From: Haliotis cracherodii
Taxonomy: Eukaryota
Assembly: GCF_022045235.1 (NCBI RefSeq)
Contig: NW_027266264.1
Location: forward strand, 11,966,001-12,030,000
Direction: 5' to 3'
DNA length: 64,000 bases
Below the pieces are notes generated by a model. The model ran no database searches. It saw only the letters and a list, made by a program, of their open reading frames with translations, and was not told the origin of the DNA. Below are positions 47,601 to 61,800 of the stretch, piece after piece (the first letter of the stretch is position 1; each line of letters starts with the position of its first letter). The position numbers and the translations under genes were made by a program.

Positions 47601-50600
47601 GGGTTCGCCTATAGGATTTACCTATCTCACAATAAACAGCTTGAATAAAGCCATGGGCCTGTGGCGGAACAAGTGATTGTTAGAGAGGAGTGTGATAAGC
47701 GAGCGGGAAGCTTCATAGAGCAGCTAGGGTTTTTTACCCTTGAAAGCTGAAAAGATACTGGGAATGAATTTATAATGATACCAACCGCTTGAGAAATAAA
47801 AGATAAATTTAATGAGAATTTGTTACTTTAATAACAGGTTGGTTCTTAACAGATATTACATAATGTATGTGATTTGGTTTGAGTGAAAGGCACCAGAAAA
47901 CAAAACTGATTCAATTTTTAGAAACAACAGTCCGATTCGATTCTTGGTTGATGCTCTTCAAAAGGTTTTGTTCTTGTTCTTTGTCAAAATATGAGAGTAT
48001 TTATACAAATTGAACATAAACACTAAATCCCTTTATTTTGTCCTGATTTGGACAAATTTTCAATACAGACATGTGTATGTAAATATAGATGTATCATCCA
48101 ATCTTACAATCACACTTATATAAGCTCTTCTCTCACTGTGGCTGTATCCCCCCGTTCTCCCTTTCTCTTCCCCCTCCCTCCTTTCTACATAACTCCTCCC
48201 AGTACATCCTTCAACCTCCCTCTCCAAGCCCTGGGAATTTCACCATAAGTAACAGGACCCACTTGGACTCTGTATATCTCCATTTGCAAGCTCTGGTTCT
48301 TCATTACCATTAATACTGTTTTGCATAGGTCAAAGTTAGCGGTCAGCTTTGAAATCTGATCCTATGTTACAGCATGGCGGACTGACCATGCATGTGGAAA
48401 GTAGATATACTGGGACAGACCGGGGTCTTCATTCGCCAGGCTGTCGTTAGGGCCTCTAGACGATGATTAGTTCAAGATTTATTTCATATTTCCCTACTTA
48501 AATACATTAATAATCATTAAACTTGACTGACTATCATAAAGAATATCATTTCACCCCTAATGACAATAAATCATTGGATATATTCATATATTAATCATCC
48601 TGACTTAGCTTGCATATTCATATCAAAATAATCTTCCTTAATGAAATATATCATGACATTTGAAAGAAATGGATGTTCAATCGATATATTTATTGATTAA
48701 TGTATCTATCTTTTTTATATTACCTTCCCTTTCCAAGTATCTGCGCAAAACTTTATGACAAACAGGATCTACTTCAAGTTTGTATTTCACAAACTGCACT
48801 TTAATATTAAACATCCTGTTAAGTTCTCATGATGACTTGTCACATTATAAACAATTAACATAACATTGAGTCTGTGACATGCTTCTCTGTTGTTACACCT
48901 AAACAAGCCCTTTTCCTAGCAGCTTTCAGGAAAAGCTTTCACAGAACTGTAACAGGACTTCACATTTATAAGCATTCTTTTAAACTAATTGAATATCACA
49001 TTCCGTGAATCATATCCTCTCACGTTTTGTGTATATGTTTATCAATTCTTATTATCAATGTCTCTGAAATAAATAGGTTTATTATTTGAAACAGGTATAA
49101 ATGTCATATTATTGAAATACTATGGAGGAATAGCAGGAACATGAAACAAGAAAAAGGAAAGATTATGAACAGCTATGGGGGAAAAAATCAACTCAACAAA
49201 CGTTTTGGTCAACAGGATGACTCATGTTATTTTGGTCACGAAACATGGGCCAGAAAAGTGACCAGTGGCGAGAGAGCGCCAGTACTCATTATTCATGACA
49301 TTTATGGTAATAACAGCAAAATAATATTAGAGCTGTGACATTGGGAGCATGTCTTGACTAAAACATAGGGCCTACGTGACCAAACAAGCCTTATCATGTT
49401 AGTACTTTTCAACTGATAATTTTACTGTATTTAACATGCATAACTCTATGCTGGAACATCTGTGGAATAACTTGATGCTTTGTCCTACTCTGGTGCTAAA
49501 GGAATATGTACATTGGTGGAAATAAATAACTCTAGCAATTGTGACAAGAATGTCATTGACACATTTTCTAAAGGCTTTAATGGTGTAATTCTGCCTAGAA
49601 AAAATGATAATCCAATAGAATCAAAATCTTCCCTTTGATGTTCCTATCATCTATCAACAAAACATGAAGAAAACGTTTTCACAAACTCATACATACATGA
49701 TCAACTCTCTGGCACATCGGTGTAATTGTAGTTAAAATGTTAAAATCAACATATGCACCCATTCCTGTGGGAGAGTGTGAGCAAGACCTGTAGTGTTCTA
49801 CACAAGCTGACCCATAGGCTAAAGTTTATGCAGCACTCATATCTTATTTAGGAGTAACATGACATATGGCCAGGTCATTTTTATGCATTTACAGCTATTG
49901 TGATGTAACTTTGGCCAAACAATGAGCTAACACAATCACTGTCCCTGCTCTGGCCTTATCACTGAGAGTTTTACAACAGGGGACAGATGGTTACACCCAA
50001 TAAATCTTGGGCATCCATTCACAAATTCAAGGAAGTTACAAGATTTGTATATGGGATAATTAGGACCAATTGAATTTTATAAATAAAAAGGAGTTAATTA
50101 CTGTAAATGTTTTTATTGTAAAAAAAATTGTCGTGAAAGTATCATTGAAAAATTTATTCATATTACGTTTCAACACTTCTTTTTTATCGCAGACACTTAT
50201 TCATAAGAGGGAAAAAAAAGGACATGCAAATTACCTCTACTGTTTGAGCTTATGTAAGCATCTTTTTACACCTGATGAAGATGGAGTAAGTTTCTGTGTA
50301 CACTTTCATATATTTAGATTTCCTGATCCTCTAAATAATCCAACATTTCAGAAACCAGGTTTTCTACCTGTCAGACCATATAGTCCTTGCTTATTTAGAA
50401 AAGTTATATTGCGTGTACCTATACTGTCTGTCATCAATAGTATTGTAGAACTATTTGAGGAAAGACCATCACCTGTTCTGAGACAAAGTAGTCAGAATCG
50501 GCACCCTATGACTGAACATGACATCAGGGACAGATGGTTGCTATAGACAAGGTTTTTACCTCCACACAAAGCCCAGGGAGACCTAGAGAGCCCCAGGGAC

Positions 50601-53600
50601 TGTGATGTAACCCGGGAGGGGGAGCACCCCTATTATCTCTGTGTCCCTCCCCCTATTATCAGGCCATCCATCAAGCCAGTGCACTGACCATCTGCAACTG
50701 GCATCATCTGCATCTCTCATTACTGTTGTTTGGACAAAGCAGGACCACTGACAGAAATTCATTTACTTAATACACGCAATGGGGTCGTCTTACACAAATA
50801 AACAAGGGGCTGACATGCCTCATCTCCTAGACCCTGTAGTGACAGTGTTGTACACGTTTAGAGTGACAGGTTACAGCCTAGGTCTTTAAATTACTATTAC
50901 CACTGTTAGTTCTTCTAAATCATGATACAGAATCTTTAAATTTTCTTCACATTTTTCAGATGATGATCATGTTTAAGTTAAATGACAAACTCTTTCCATA
51001 ATCTTTAGATATCTCTGCTAAAACCTTAACTCATTCTTCACATTTTCTTTTATTAATAAGATATAAACTTATTCTTTTTTTCAACTACAATAAACTATGT
51101 ATAACTTTAAGGTGACTAACAAGTTATGAACAAAATAACAACTGTGAACCAGATAGAAACTAGTTGGTATTTTAGATAACTGACAATTCACAATCTGTGT
51201 CATTGTTGAGAAGAAGAATGATTGTTACCTTCTTCAAAATAGATTCGTCCCTATTATCAATCAGACTGTTACAGGCAGTTACTCATCACCAGAAAGGATG
51301 ACATAACCTGTTAGGCATGTCAAGTCCAACAGTGATGTACATGTCAGAAGATTCACTTGTCCCCATCGGAAATTAACGACATTTCATCCCGCTGTTCATT
51401 TTCAAGTTGTACTCACTTTATCAAAGCAGCAGCAGCAATAAACAACTTGTGACATGAACATGAATATACTTGTACATGTCAAGGTCTCCACTGGTGGTGC
51501 TTTTCCCTAATTAATGAGTCTACATATCACTGTCTTAATTGAATGCATTTGGGTGTCAAGAAATATGGACATCTTCAATCCTCTGGTGTTGTGAGTTATG
51601 CAATGTCTTCTTAACTAGTAGAACTTGATTGACACAGGCAATTCACAAAGTCAACCACATGATTTCAACTATGACAAGTATATTATGAGAACAAAGTGAC
51701 ACTATGTCTTCAGTTATGCTTTCACAACTCAGACTTTGAACCTACGTTTTTAATTATACTCATATATATTTCTGGGAGAAAATAATAGATATTGGGAAAT
51801 ATATGCTATCGGAACTATTGTATGCAGAGCTTTTAACTAGGAACATTAATCAGCAGTCTTATAGGTCATTTTTCTATCCCTTATTTGCGTATTTATGCAG
51901 CATAAATGATGCATTCAGGCATAATATATCTGCATAAATGAAGCAAATATAGATGAGAAAGATTCCTTTCTCCTAAAAGCTCCATAAATGAGATATTCCA
52001 TCAAGTCAGCCTGGCAGCCTGGAGTTTCTGTATAACGAGGTGCTTGTCAGCAAACAAAATGTTATAAAGAGGGGTGGTCAGTTATTACATGGCTGGACAT
52101 GCAGGCCCCTCATGAAATATTCAGTTTCCCCCTCCCCCTCTCTCCCCCATGTAATCCAACCAGCCCTATCTCCCTCCCAATGGCTATCACAGCTGACAGC
52201 ACATTTTTCTCTCTGACAGATTATGTAATACTACAGAGACAGTTAACCCACGACCTGCTAACTACAGTCAAACAACTTGCTAGGAATGTTTAGATTGTTT
52301 ATGGAAAGAATTCTCGGAATCTGGAATGTAGGTTTATTGCATGGTTGATCCATAAAACAAACAAATGATAAAACACATCCATTAAATCTGTTAAGTAGAT
52401 CTTATAAATCTCTTTTTCATACATTTGCAAGTTTATATGAAATATGAAATGACATTACAGCAAAATAATGCTGTTTCGTGAATGTTTTCCTGATTAAATG
52501 AGATAAACAATCACTTTCCCTCCTTCTTCAGCCAACAGTTCTGACCTGTATACAAGAAATAAGCCATGAGGTGAGCTTCTCATCAAATCTTACATCAGCT
52601 GAACTTATCACAAGCTTGCAGAATTTAGTGTTTACTTTGCTTAATGTAGTGTGGTTTCTTCACTCAGATATTATGCAACATTATTTCACAGCATTAACAC
52701 TTTCCCCCTTACTAATTTCATTCATTTTCTTCAAAGCCCCCTACACATGTTCCCTGTATGTTTATGGAGAACTCAACTTCAAAGAAAGCAAGGAACACTT
52801 CGCATAATAACATCAAAATAATGGAACATGAAGGTTATGAATTTAGCAGGTTGATGAATTATGCACAACCTTCCATACAAATGTCTGCTGGCAGCAAAGG
52901 GTTAAAGTGCACTTTTGTTGCCAGGGTACTTGAGGGAATCCCTTTATGAATATTTCCCAAGTTAATCTGAGAGAGCATGCAATTACTAACACTCACAGAA
53001 CCTGATTACATCACTACACAGAGAGGATACAGCATTCAACAGCTCAGATAATTGGCCAGATGTTAATTAACCCCCTAAAAAGTGATCATATTCTTTCTGG
53101 ATGACAGGAGTGTAGTTATATACCATCTGTCAGTGGAGGAGGAAATGTGCTTAGCTCGCCATGGGTTAATCCTCTGACGTAAGGGCTTGAGCGTGATCAC
53201 TTTAACACTCTGGGCTCACACAATATTCTTCAGCCTTTTTACAAACATGACATAATGTGGCAAATTCCACAGAAATTGATGTTAAATATTTGAACAGTGT
53301 ATTTTTGTGATAGCTTTTGAAAGAATGATTGAAAGGATTAATCTTAGTTGATATAAAAAGATTTGAGGGTGAATGTCATGAGGAAAAGTGAAAAAAATAA
53401 ATAAAGTAGAATAAATTTGTTGACCCTTAAAATAACATGATTAAGTCCTGTAAAAATAATTACAGAAAAAAATTTTTTTAGATCCTACAAAGTTGATAAT
53501 TACATTGCCTTTCAATTATTACTGGACTTATCAGCTTTTTGTTGATAAGAAATTTAGAGTAATTTATTACAACATGCTTTTTTCTGCATTGTTTCATTCC

Positions 53601-55087
53601 AGACAGATTAATAGAGGGGCATCTGATATTTTCACATAATTTAAGAACAGTTACAGCAGTTTTGCTGATTAAAAGTAAAAGTGCTTTTTTATAAGACAAG
53701 TGGGTTTTGAGTTCTCATATTTTAACCTTATCTAACAATATTGTATGTCTTTATTTTATCATAAACCAGTGCATTTAACAGCAGGGCTAACTTTAAGGGA
53801 TATATAATTAAACATCTTATCAATATGATTATAAATGTTCTTTCTATTAAAAGAAAATCACAAAATATGAATTCTTCATAAATAGATTATAATGAATGTA
53901 CTGATGGTTATTTAATATCTCTTTGATAATACATTAAGAACCTGTCATAGAGATATCATATAAATTTGATTTTCATAAGCTTTTCTTAGAAAATCCATAT
54001 CAAATTGTAATATGCATAGACTCATATCAAATAATACATTATAATTGCAAAAGGATTAAGCAATTGGATGTCTTGATGAATTCTATCTCTAATATTAATA
54101 TCTTTTATCAGTTACTGTATAATACATGTCAGGTAGTGTGGTCAGACATGATATTAAAATTAATTTTTGTACTATAAATTCATCTTCAACTTTTACAGTT
54201 TTAACCTTGAAAAAAAACATATAAACTATGTTTATTTTCTACAAATCTTAATGTTTTTATAAAAAGAATTCAGCTTATTCCCACCCCAAAACAGGCCTTA
54301 TCTAACTTGTAGTTGAACTTACAGCTCACCCATTAAAATACATGTATGTGCAAATGTAAGAAGCAATTTTTACCACAAGTCTTATGTGCATGAAACTCTG
54401 TACAGTTTATTTATTTCATGACTACACTATATGATGTATGTTTTAGATGATAACATACAAAAATAAGAATGAGTCCTCTATACATCTACTGCTGCCAAAG
54501 AACAAAACCATTTAAATTAAATAACATTCAGAATAAATATGAAACAAATAAATTATTTGAAAATACACAAGTATAAATTGTTTGAACATTCTCATTTGCT
54601 GCACATATATTAGTAAAACTAAGCATACATCCACTCTTAATTATTTTATTCAGAGACCCTATCAGTTAAAAAAAAAAATGGTCTCTGTTTTATATTAGCA
54701 GAAAAAAAAACATGCTTACATGCTTTAATTTATATGTCTGGTTTTTATGACTAAAATATTCTTGGAAACAAAATAGCAGTGATTTGATCCATGGGGTCAT
54801 AACAGATGTCAATAAAGCTGCATTTGTCTTGCACTTTTGCAAAAATGTTAACAATACAGAATAAATAGAACATCATTCAAATACATTTGATAAATTCAGA
54901 TAATTCTTGAAAAGATTTCATTTTAAACCATGCCAGGAATCAAAACAACTGCTAAAAACACGGACTCAAATAAAAGCTCAACTAAACTCGTGTGAACATG
55001 AACATAAACCGAACCATCCATTCACTCGAGTGGACAACAAGAATTCTCTCCAGCATATACTTGCAAAGTAACGTGATGCATCCTTAC

Positions 55088-55830
55088 CCATGCCATGATG
55101 TGTCTTTGCTGCTATAGTCACTAAAAATGTCCTTCATTTTGACAGTGGTCAGTGTTTTTCTGCAACTTCCTAGGTCAATGACGGAACTGTCCAGGCTGTT
55201 TACATGGCACAATCTAGCCACTGGTCATCCACAAGCTTTGGCTCTCTGACCATCCTTCCATCATCAACCAGAACAAAAAAATATGTTTGAGTAATGTCCA
55301 GTGTTCCTGTCCAGAGACTGTAATCAGCTGTCCAGGCTAGTGGTCAGCCTTGTGTCCATCTATCTATCTCCCTCAGTCAGCCAGCTCAGCCCAGCCGGCC
55401 AACAGCCATAAATAATGAGCAATAGCTGACCACTGGCTAGTGACTATAGCATCGTATTCACCAGTGGTGTTATTGCTGCATATACCACACTGACTGACCA
55501 CTGGGCTCCTGCCTGCTTGGCTATCTCTGCTGGTGTTCTTGTGTGGTGCAGGGCCAACACTTGTAGTAGTGGAATACGTGTTTTATTCCCTAACTGACCG
55601 CTCGGTACTGACCACTGTTTTTAACGGAAACAGCTCTGTTGACTCGCTTCGACCACCTGACCAGTGGTCACTTTGGTGTACAAGGAGATAACAGCACCTT
55701 TCCAAACACAACTGAAGAATGTTTAACAAACGAAGCAGATGACACCTTCTTTCCCTGATTAAGAATGAAATCAAAAGCCGATTGCGATATATCTACGTCT
55801 ATTGGCCGGAAAAGACGTCAGTTGACAGGA
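55088..55830 (-). promoter_or_regulatory. Candidate distal hb promoter and non-coding first exon
   Basis: On the minus strand, in order: CRE-like TGACGTC, ETS TTCCGG, CCAAT (55805-55801), TATA-like element ~55790, Inr TCATTC (55768-55763), then donor GG|gtaagg at 55088. Confidence 0.4.
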
Positions 55831-58800
55831 TGCAATAGCTACTGCTGTACGATGCTACTCTAACCCAAGTCACTCCACAATAGGAAATATTTTTAACATC
55901 ACTGCATTGACCAGTCACATGACTTCAAGCTGATAACAATATGACATAACCGTCTCTCTTATCAGTGGTCACTGCTCTGGTCAGTTCAACATTGTGACCA
56001 CTACATTGCTCCCACCAAAAAACACCCCAGGACATGCCACTTGACCAGAACAAGCCTGATTTATTGCACCTTTTTATTTACTCAAAGCAAACATTAACTC
56101 CACTAGGAAAAATCCCCAAATTACAGCACTCAGAGTTAATCTATCACACCTACCCAGTTATTGTGAAGCCTAAGGCACATATCACCTCCTGTATTGTATA
56201 GAGCAGGCTTACAAAGGACCTATCATTGAGCTCAATGCAAATCTCATCTAGTGGAAAAATTGAAATGAAAAACTTTATCATGATGATCCACCCCATAGGG
56301 TGAAAATCTGCTGCCATGTTGACAGATGGTATGCTGTATAATTATCTTACATACTAGGACATTTTTCAAACCTACATGTTCCATACTAAACCTAAACAGA
56401 AATATCTAATGTTCAGCATAAGACAAATCACACGTCTTATTCCAAAACATATATGTTGAGGGTACTGTATAATTTATTTTTGTCATTTTCAGCTTCTTTT
56501 CTCTGATGATACCAGTTAGTTCTTCAATTACATTAAATTTAATAGAACACAAATAATTTAAAGTACTTACACAAATGTTTAAAGAAATTACTTCAAAATT
56601 CAAATTCATTTTTAAGATATGTAAGACTCAACAAATTCTGTTAATTAATCAAGACAAAATATGATCAATAACTAATATGGAATACAACCTATAGAAAATT
56701 GGCCAGTAAACAGATGCACGTTACCGCTAGCGCCTAAAATGTTCTCTACTCACCACGGAAATCCACTCCTCATTATGTCCATTGTAGAGGAATGTACGTT
56801 AATGTTTGTACCTATTGTCTATATGTCTTGCTTGTGAATCAAAGATGAATTGATGATGAGAAGCTAAGCAAGTCGACTCACATTCAATACAGGCTCTTCT
56901 GTTGTCCTCCCCCCACATAAAAATGCCTTTATATGTTGCAAATGTCACTCACTCCAGCAGACTGGAAGGCTTTCTTTGAAATATATGACATGATTTTATC
57001 CTTCAAAATGTGAAATGGCCATTTATGTCCCTTGCATCAATTAGATGTGGAAACCAATATACTCTGAAGGTGATCGCCTAGCAGATGGATTTTCACAATT
57101 TCTACATTTTTTGACACTATTGGGGAAATGTTTATTAGGCCTGAAATTCTAGAAAGAGGGTACAGTGTCATTATGATGATTGGTCATTAGCAGGACTTCT
57201 AGTTACTGAGACTAGAAATAAACGAAATGACAGTTGGCAAAATATTCATTTAATAAGGACAGGATAGAACAATGTCATTTCTAATAGAATATGTCAGACA
57301 TACTCCAAGTCATGAAAACTCTGTATATGAAACCCAAAACAATGCAATATATTAGTTTAGAGCAAATGTGGGTGAAAATGTAATTTTGTCTATGATTTCT
57401 TGTGGACATTTTCAATTTCTTTGTCTTAATAGACTAATAAGAAATATCTAAAGGCCAATTCTACTCACTATGCATCTCAGGGTGTTAAGACCACTAATTA
57501 TACATTTTAGATGAAAAATATTAACAATGATAAGATATCAGTTATTGTCCCACCAGCATGATTAACAAGACAAATCAAATTAAAAATAAAATTGATTAAG
57601 AACTGAGAAAGTCAATGGAAATGTAAGTCTAGACATATAAGGGTATCTTGCAGTTTATTACATAACTGCCTGCTTATTGATATGATATTTCATAATCATC
57701 TTTCTCTAATTCAGTTAAAATAAAATGTTCTTAACATTAAGACAAAGGACATCAATTTGCAACTATTTTCAGGATGTCATATTGAAGAAATGAATTTTCT
57801 TTGGATTATTTTTACAAACACGGCATCAAATCTTATACCTATCAAAATGAAAGTAGTATTACATTTTTGAACTAGACATTGAAAAACAGCTCAACATCAA
57901 GTTTAACATGGAACTACATACAAAAATGATGCATGGTTAATGCTTCTTCCTTATATTAAGGTTTGCGAAAAGAAAAATCTATTTATTTCCTCATAATAAT
58001 GACTGTAAAAACATCAAATCCTACATATTCCTTCCTCTGTTGTTTTGTGTATGTCGTGAATATTCACATATTGCTTTTTCTGAAAATATCCTGAAATTTG
58101 ATGAGAAACATATAAAATGTTCATGTCAATATGAGAGTAATGTGTCAGCTAAGTATGGACCATTACTCGAGTTGGTTGTTATCCATCTCAATTCTGACTT
58201 GATTATTACAATGGAATAATGTAATAAATACATATACAAATAATACTGTACACTGTTTCTGGCATATTATTATTTTATTTTCAATATATCCTTGGGACGC
58301 TGACAACAGTGGTAATAACACAGCACCTGTTGCATTTTCACCATCACAAACATACTTTTTTATTACTCCGAAGACATTTATTTCTCATAACATCAGTCAA
58401 AAATAATTTTCTACATTTTATATTTTCATCATTAGTAAATATAAAATGTCAATGCAAGAGAATATCCAATCTCAATTATCCAACAAAACAGATTCCATTG
58501 GGGGGAAAAGGCAAAATACAAATGTAGCCGTGAAAAATATATGAATGGATCACTGAAAACCAGTGATGACACCAGGTGTTCGCACAAAGGGTACCCAATG
58601 TTTTGTGGGACTATCCTCTCATTGATGTTATATTATCAATGCTGCTAGGCAAGAACATCATAACAATGCCCAACCCAACATGTACCGTGTACTGTAATGG
58701 AAATACTGTTTCACTGAATAACATATTTCATAATAACCGGCTCAAATTAGTTGTATTAACAAAACCCTGTTGAAAAATCCACTTGGGAAATATCTTAACT

Positions 58801-61800
58801 AATATATATAGAACTTGTATTTGAAAATTAGTAAGAAACAAAATGAAACAAGTGATTATTCTTAACCAAGCCATCACTATACCTCATTGTTATTCGTCAA
58901 GAGATTTCAAACTGATGAAAGGTGGTTTGACTTTCTCCATCCGTTGTGTTGAATGTAGATGAAACCTGCCTGATATGACAAATAAGTTTGTGACGGAAGA
59001 TAAAAGTCCTTGAACACCACTCCCCTTGCTTGTACACTGTCAGAGGAACAAAACATATCTCAGCTGATTGAAGCTATGTTGAGGCCCACTTAGGGTTGCA
59101 GCAACGTGGCCGATGAACACCCGAGTAGCCAAACCCTCATTCCCCAAATAGTACTTGTCTGTGAAAGAAGACTTTGAGGTTTATGAGCAGAAAAACATAG
59201 CAATACTTAAATATAACTATTTACTGAAAATGAATAGTAGTAGTAGATTGTTTTGTCCACTGTTGGAGGATGATTGAATCACTTATCAAGGTTGTTGTCC
59301 TTGGTTGTTTAGATGAAACCTAAGAATGCTTTTCCCTTCAAAATGTCGTACATTGCTTTTGGGAACTTCAAATAGGCAGAATATTAACCACTGTGTGTCC
59401 CACAGACCAAGATTCCGAGGCAACATAACAACTTGTCAATATTCATGAAATCATTACAACTCTTAAAGATTAAATGGAATGTATACCATAATAAGAAAAA
59501 TGATACATATGCATAACTACTTTCTACCACTAGTACAGAAGCATAATTTCACAATTTCGTTTTTTTTACTTTTTATAATATTATCTTATAATTGAAAAAT
59601 GTAATACAAACCTTATATTGTAATAAAGTAAAAAAAATAGTTATCACAATTAATTGAAAATAGAATGATAAATGAGCAGCCTTAAGGCTAATTGTTCAAA
59701 CAGGATCTCCTGAACAGTCTAATTTTGTCATATTCATGTTTTTAGTGTCTCATGAATAGTGTTCCAAGTTTCAAAAATTAATTATCACATAATAATATCC
59801 ACAGATATCCTTAGAAATAACACTGACATTTCAATTTTTATGACTTTGTAATAATATCAATGTGTCATCATATCAATTCTTTTTACATTTTGATATTCCC
59901 CTAGAGCTTTTCAAACATTATCATTGATATCTCAAATACAAATATCCAATAATCTTCAGTGTAATGGACATAAAAGGACAGAAATCTCCATTGAAGCTGT
60001 GATTGTTATCCACAGTTTATTCTTGTAACTGTAGTCAATCATATAATCAAAGCAATAAAGCTGATTAGTTTCATTAAGAAACATATACAAACAGATATTA
60101 AAATCCTACCAGAAACATTTTACTACTAAAACAGGTCTTGTTTTCAGCCTGTCAAACCATTAACTTATTTAAGTTCACACATTTGTTTCACGGTCATTAA
60201 GTTACTTGGGATTTGATAATTTAAGATTTCAGTTACTTTCAGCATTCTTAGCTACAACCTGACTACACCCCATTGTCTTCTGACTATAACTGAAAATGAA
60301 ATTCAATCCAAAAATATCAATTTCCGCAAACACAGGTATGAACTATTCACGGATTAGCCTGCAAACTTTAACCCTAGTACAAAACAATGTCAAAGTCCCG
60401 TGTGCATCTTATTCAATAACAGCCCAGATTCCTGGCTACTGTAACATTTCCCAACCTTCACAGGCCTCAAGTGACATCATAGACCGAAGGAACCTTGGAC
60501 TCAATCAGCACGGACAGGCTTACACAAAATAGGATATACACCTCTTAACAATGGGATATAGACCCTTATCCCTGTTTTTAAATGCGTTATCATCAGACTA
60601 CCATATTTGTAAGGAGACGGAGCACACTACGAAATCAACATGGGTCAAAGGTCATCAGAAGATGCAACAGGGAGTGACATCCCTCCTGAACTGTATTTGT
60701 TTCCGAATCCGATCACGTTTTCACCACTGAAGTGTTTATTTCTCTTTGGGACATGCACTGTCATGTTCTTTATTGTATTGCCAAGTGTTTTGTTCTAATA
60801 ACATGAACCGGATCTAAAACTGAGTAAAGTGAACTTATCATCAAAGTCAGCTGTTTAAGTCTCACACTATTACACAAGCATAGCCTTGTTGCTTTCGCCC
60901 CACCTTTCAAAATTACAGACGGGAGTGAACTCTACACATTAATGTTTGTAAAAGTCAGTTCACTTTAGCAGTATTTATAATTATAATAAATGGCACTTTT
61001 TTAATCATTATTAAGTTTTGATATACTTTAAAGTGACTTCATACTTACTTTCCGACCAGTTTTGAACTGTTGCATGTTAATAATATGTTGTACAGCCCCC
61101 ATAGTAATATCCATAAATCAGCGTGTGACATAACCAAACTATTCTGCTATTTGACCCCCACTCAACCACATGGTAATATTTAGCTGATGTTGTATCACAA
61201 GAACATTGAGGCTAGGAAGATAATGAACTGAATAAACTGTACCTTTATGGAGCGGAACTGTTTAGAGAGCGACTGGCCACTGATTGGGTGAAGATGTGAA
61301 ATACATATGATATGAGTTGAAGGTATCAGTGGCAGTGTCAGTGATACTTGGTTTGGTCACGTTTTTTTTACCCTGTGACACATCAAAGGTCAGTGAGATA
61401 ATACACCTGTATCTTTCCCTAGGATGGGAAGTAATTATTTGCATTGCTGACCTGTACTGAATCACTGTTACCATTTACATGTGTGATGGGATTTAGAATA
61501 TTAAGACTTGAAATCTTGCACTGAAATTAACTGATTTTTGCCCTATTGTCATAAAAAAAAATTCATATACTGATAAAGTCTTCAAATTAAAAGTTCTCTT
61601 TACAGCCCAAATAAACATATACATATACCTCAAGATTTCCATTTAGAATATGTAAATCTATGTTGACGAATACATTTCAAAATAACAAAAATATTAACCA
61701 AGTTACAATTTATCATGATTTTTTTTCAGAATGACCTGAAAGTTTGAAAATGTATTCATGCTTTTTAGCATGAACACATTTTCAAACTGTTCAATGCATT

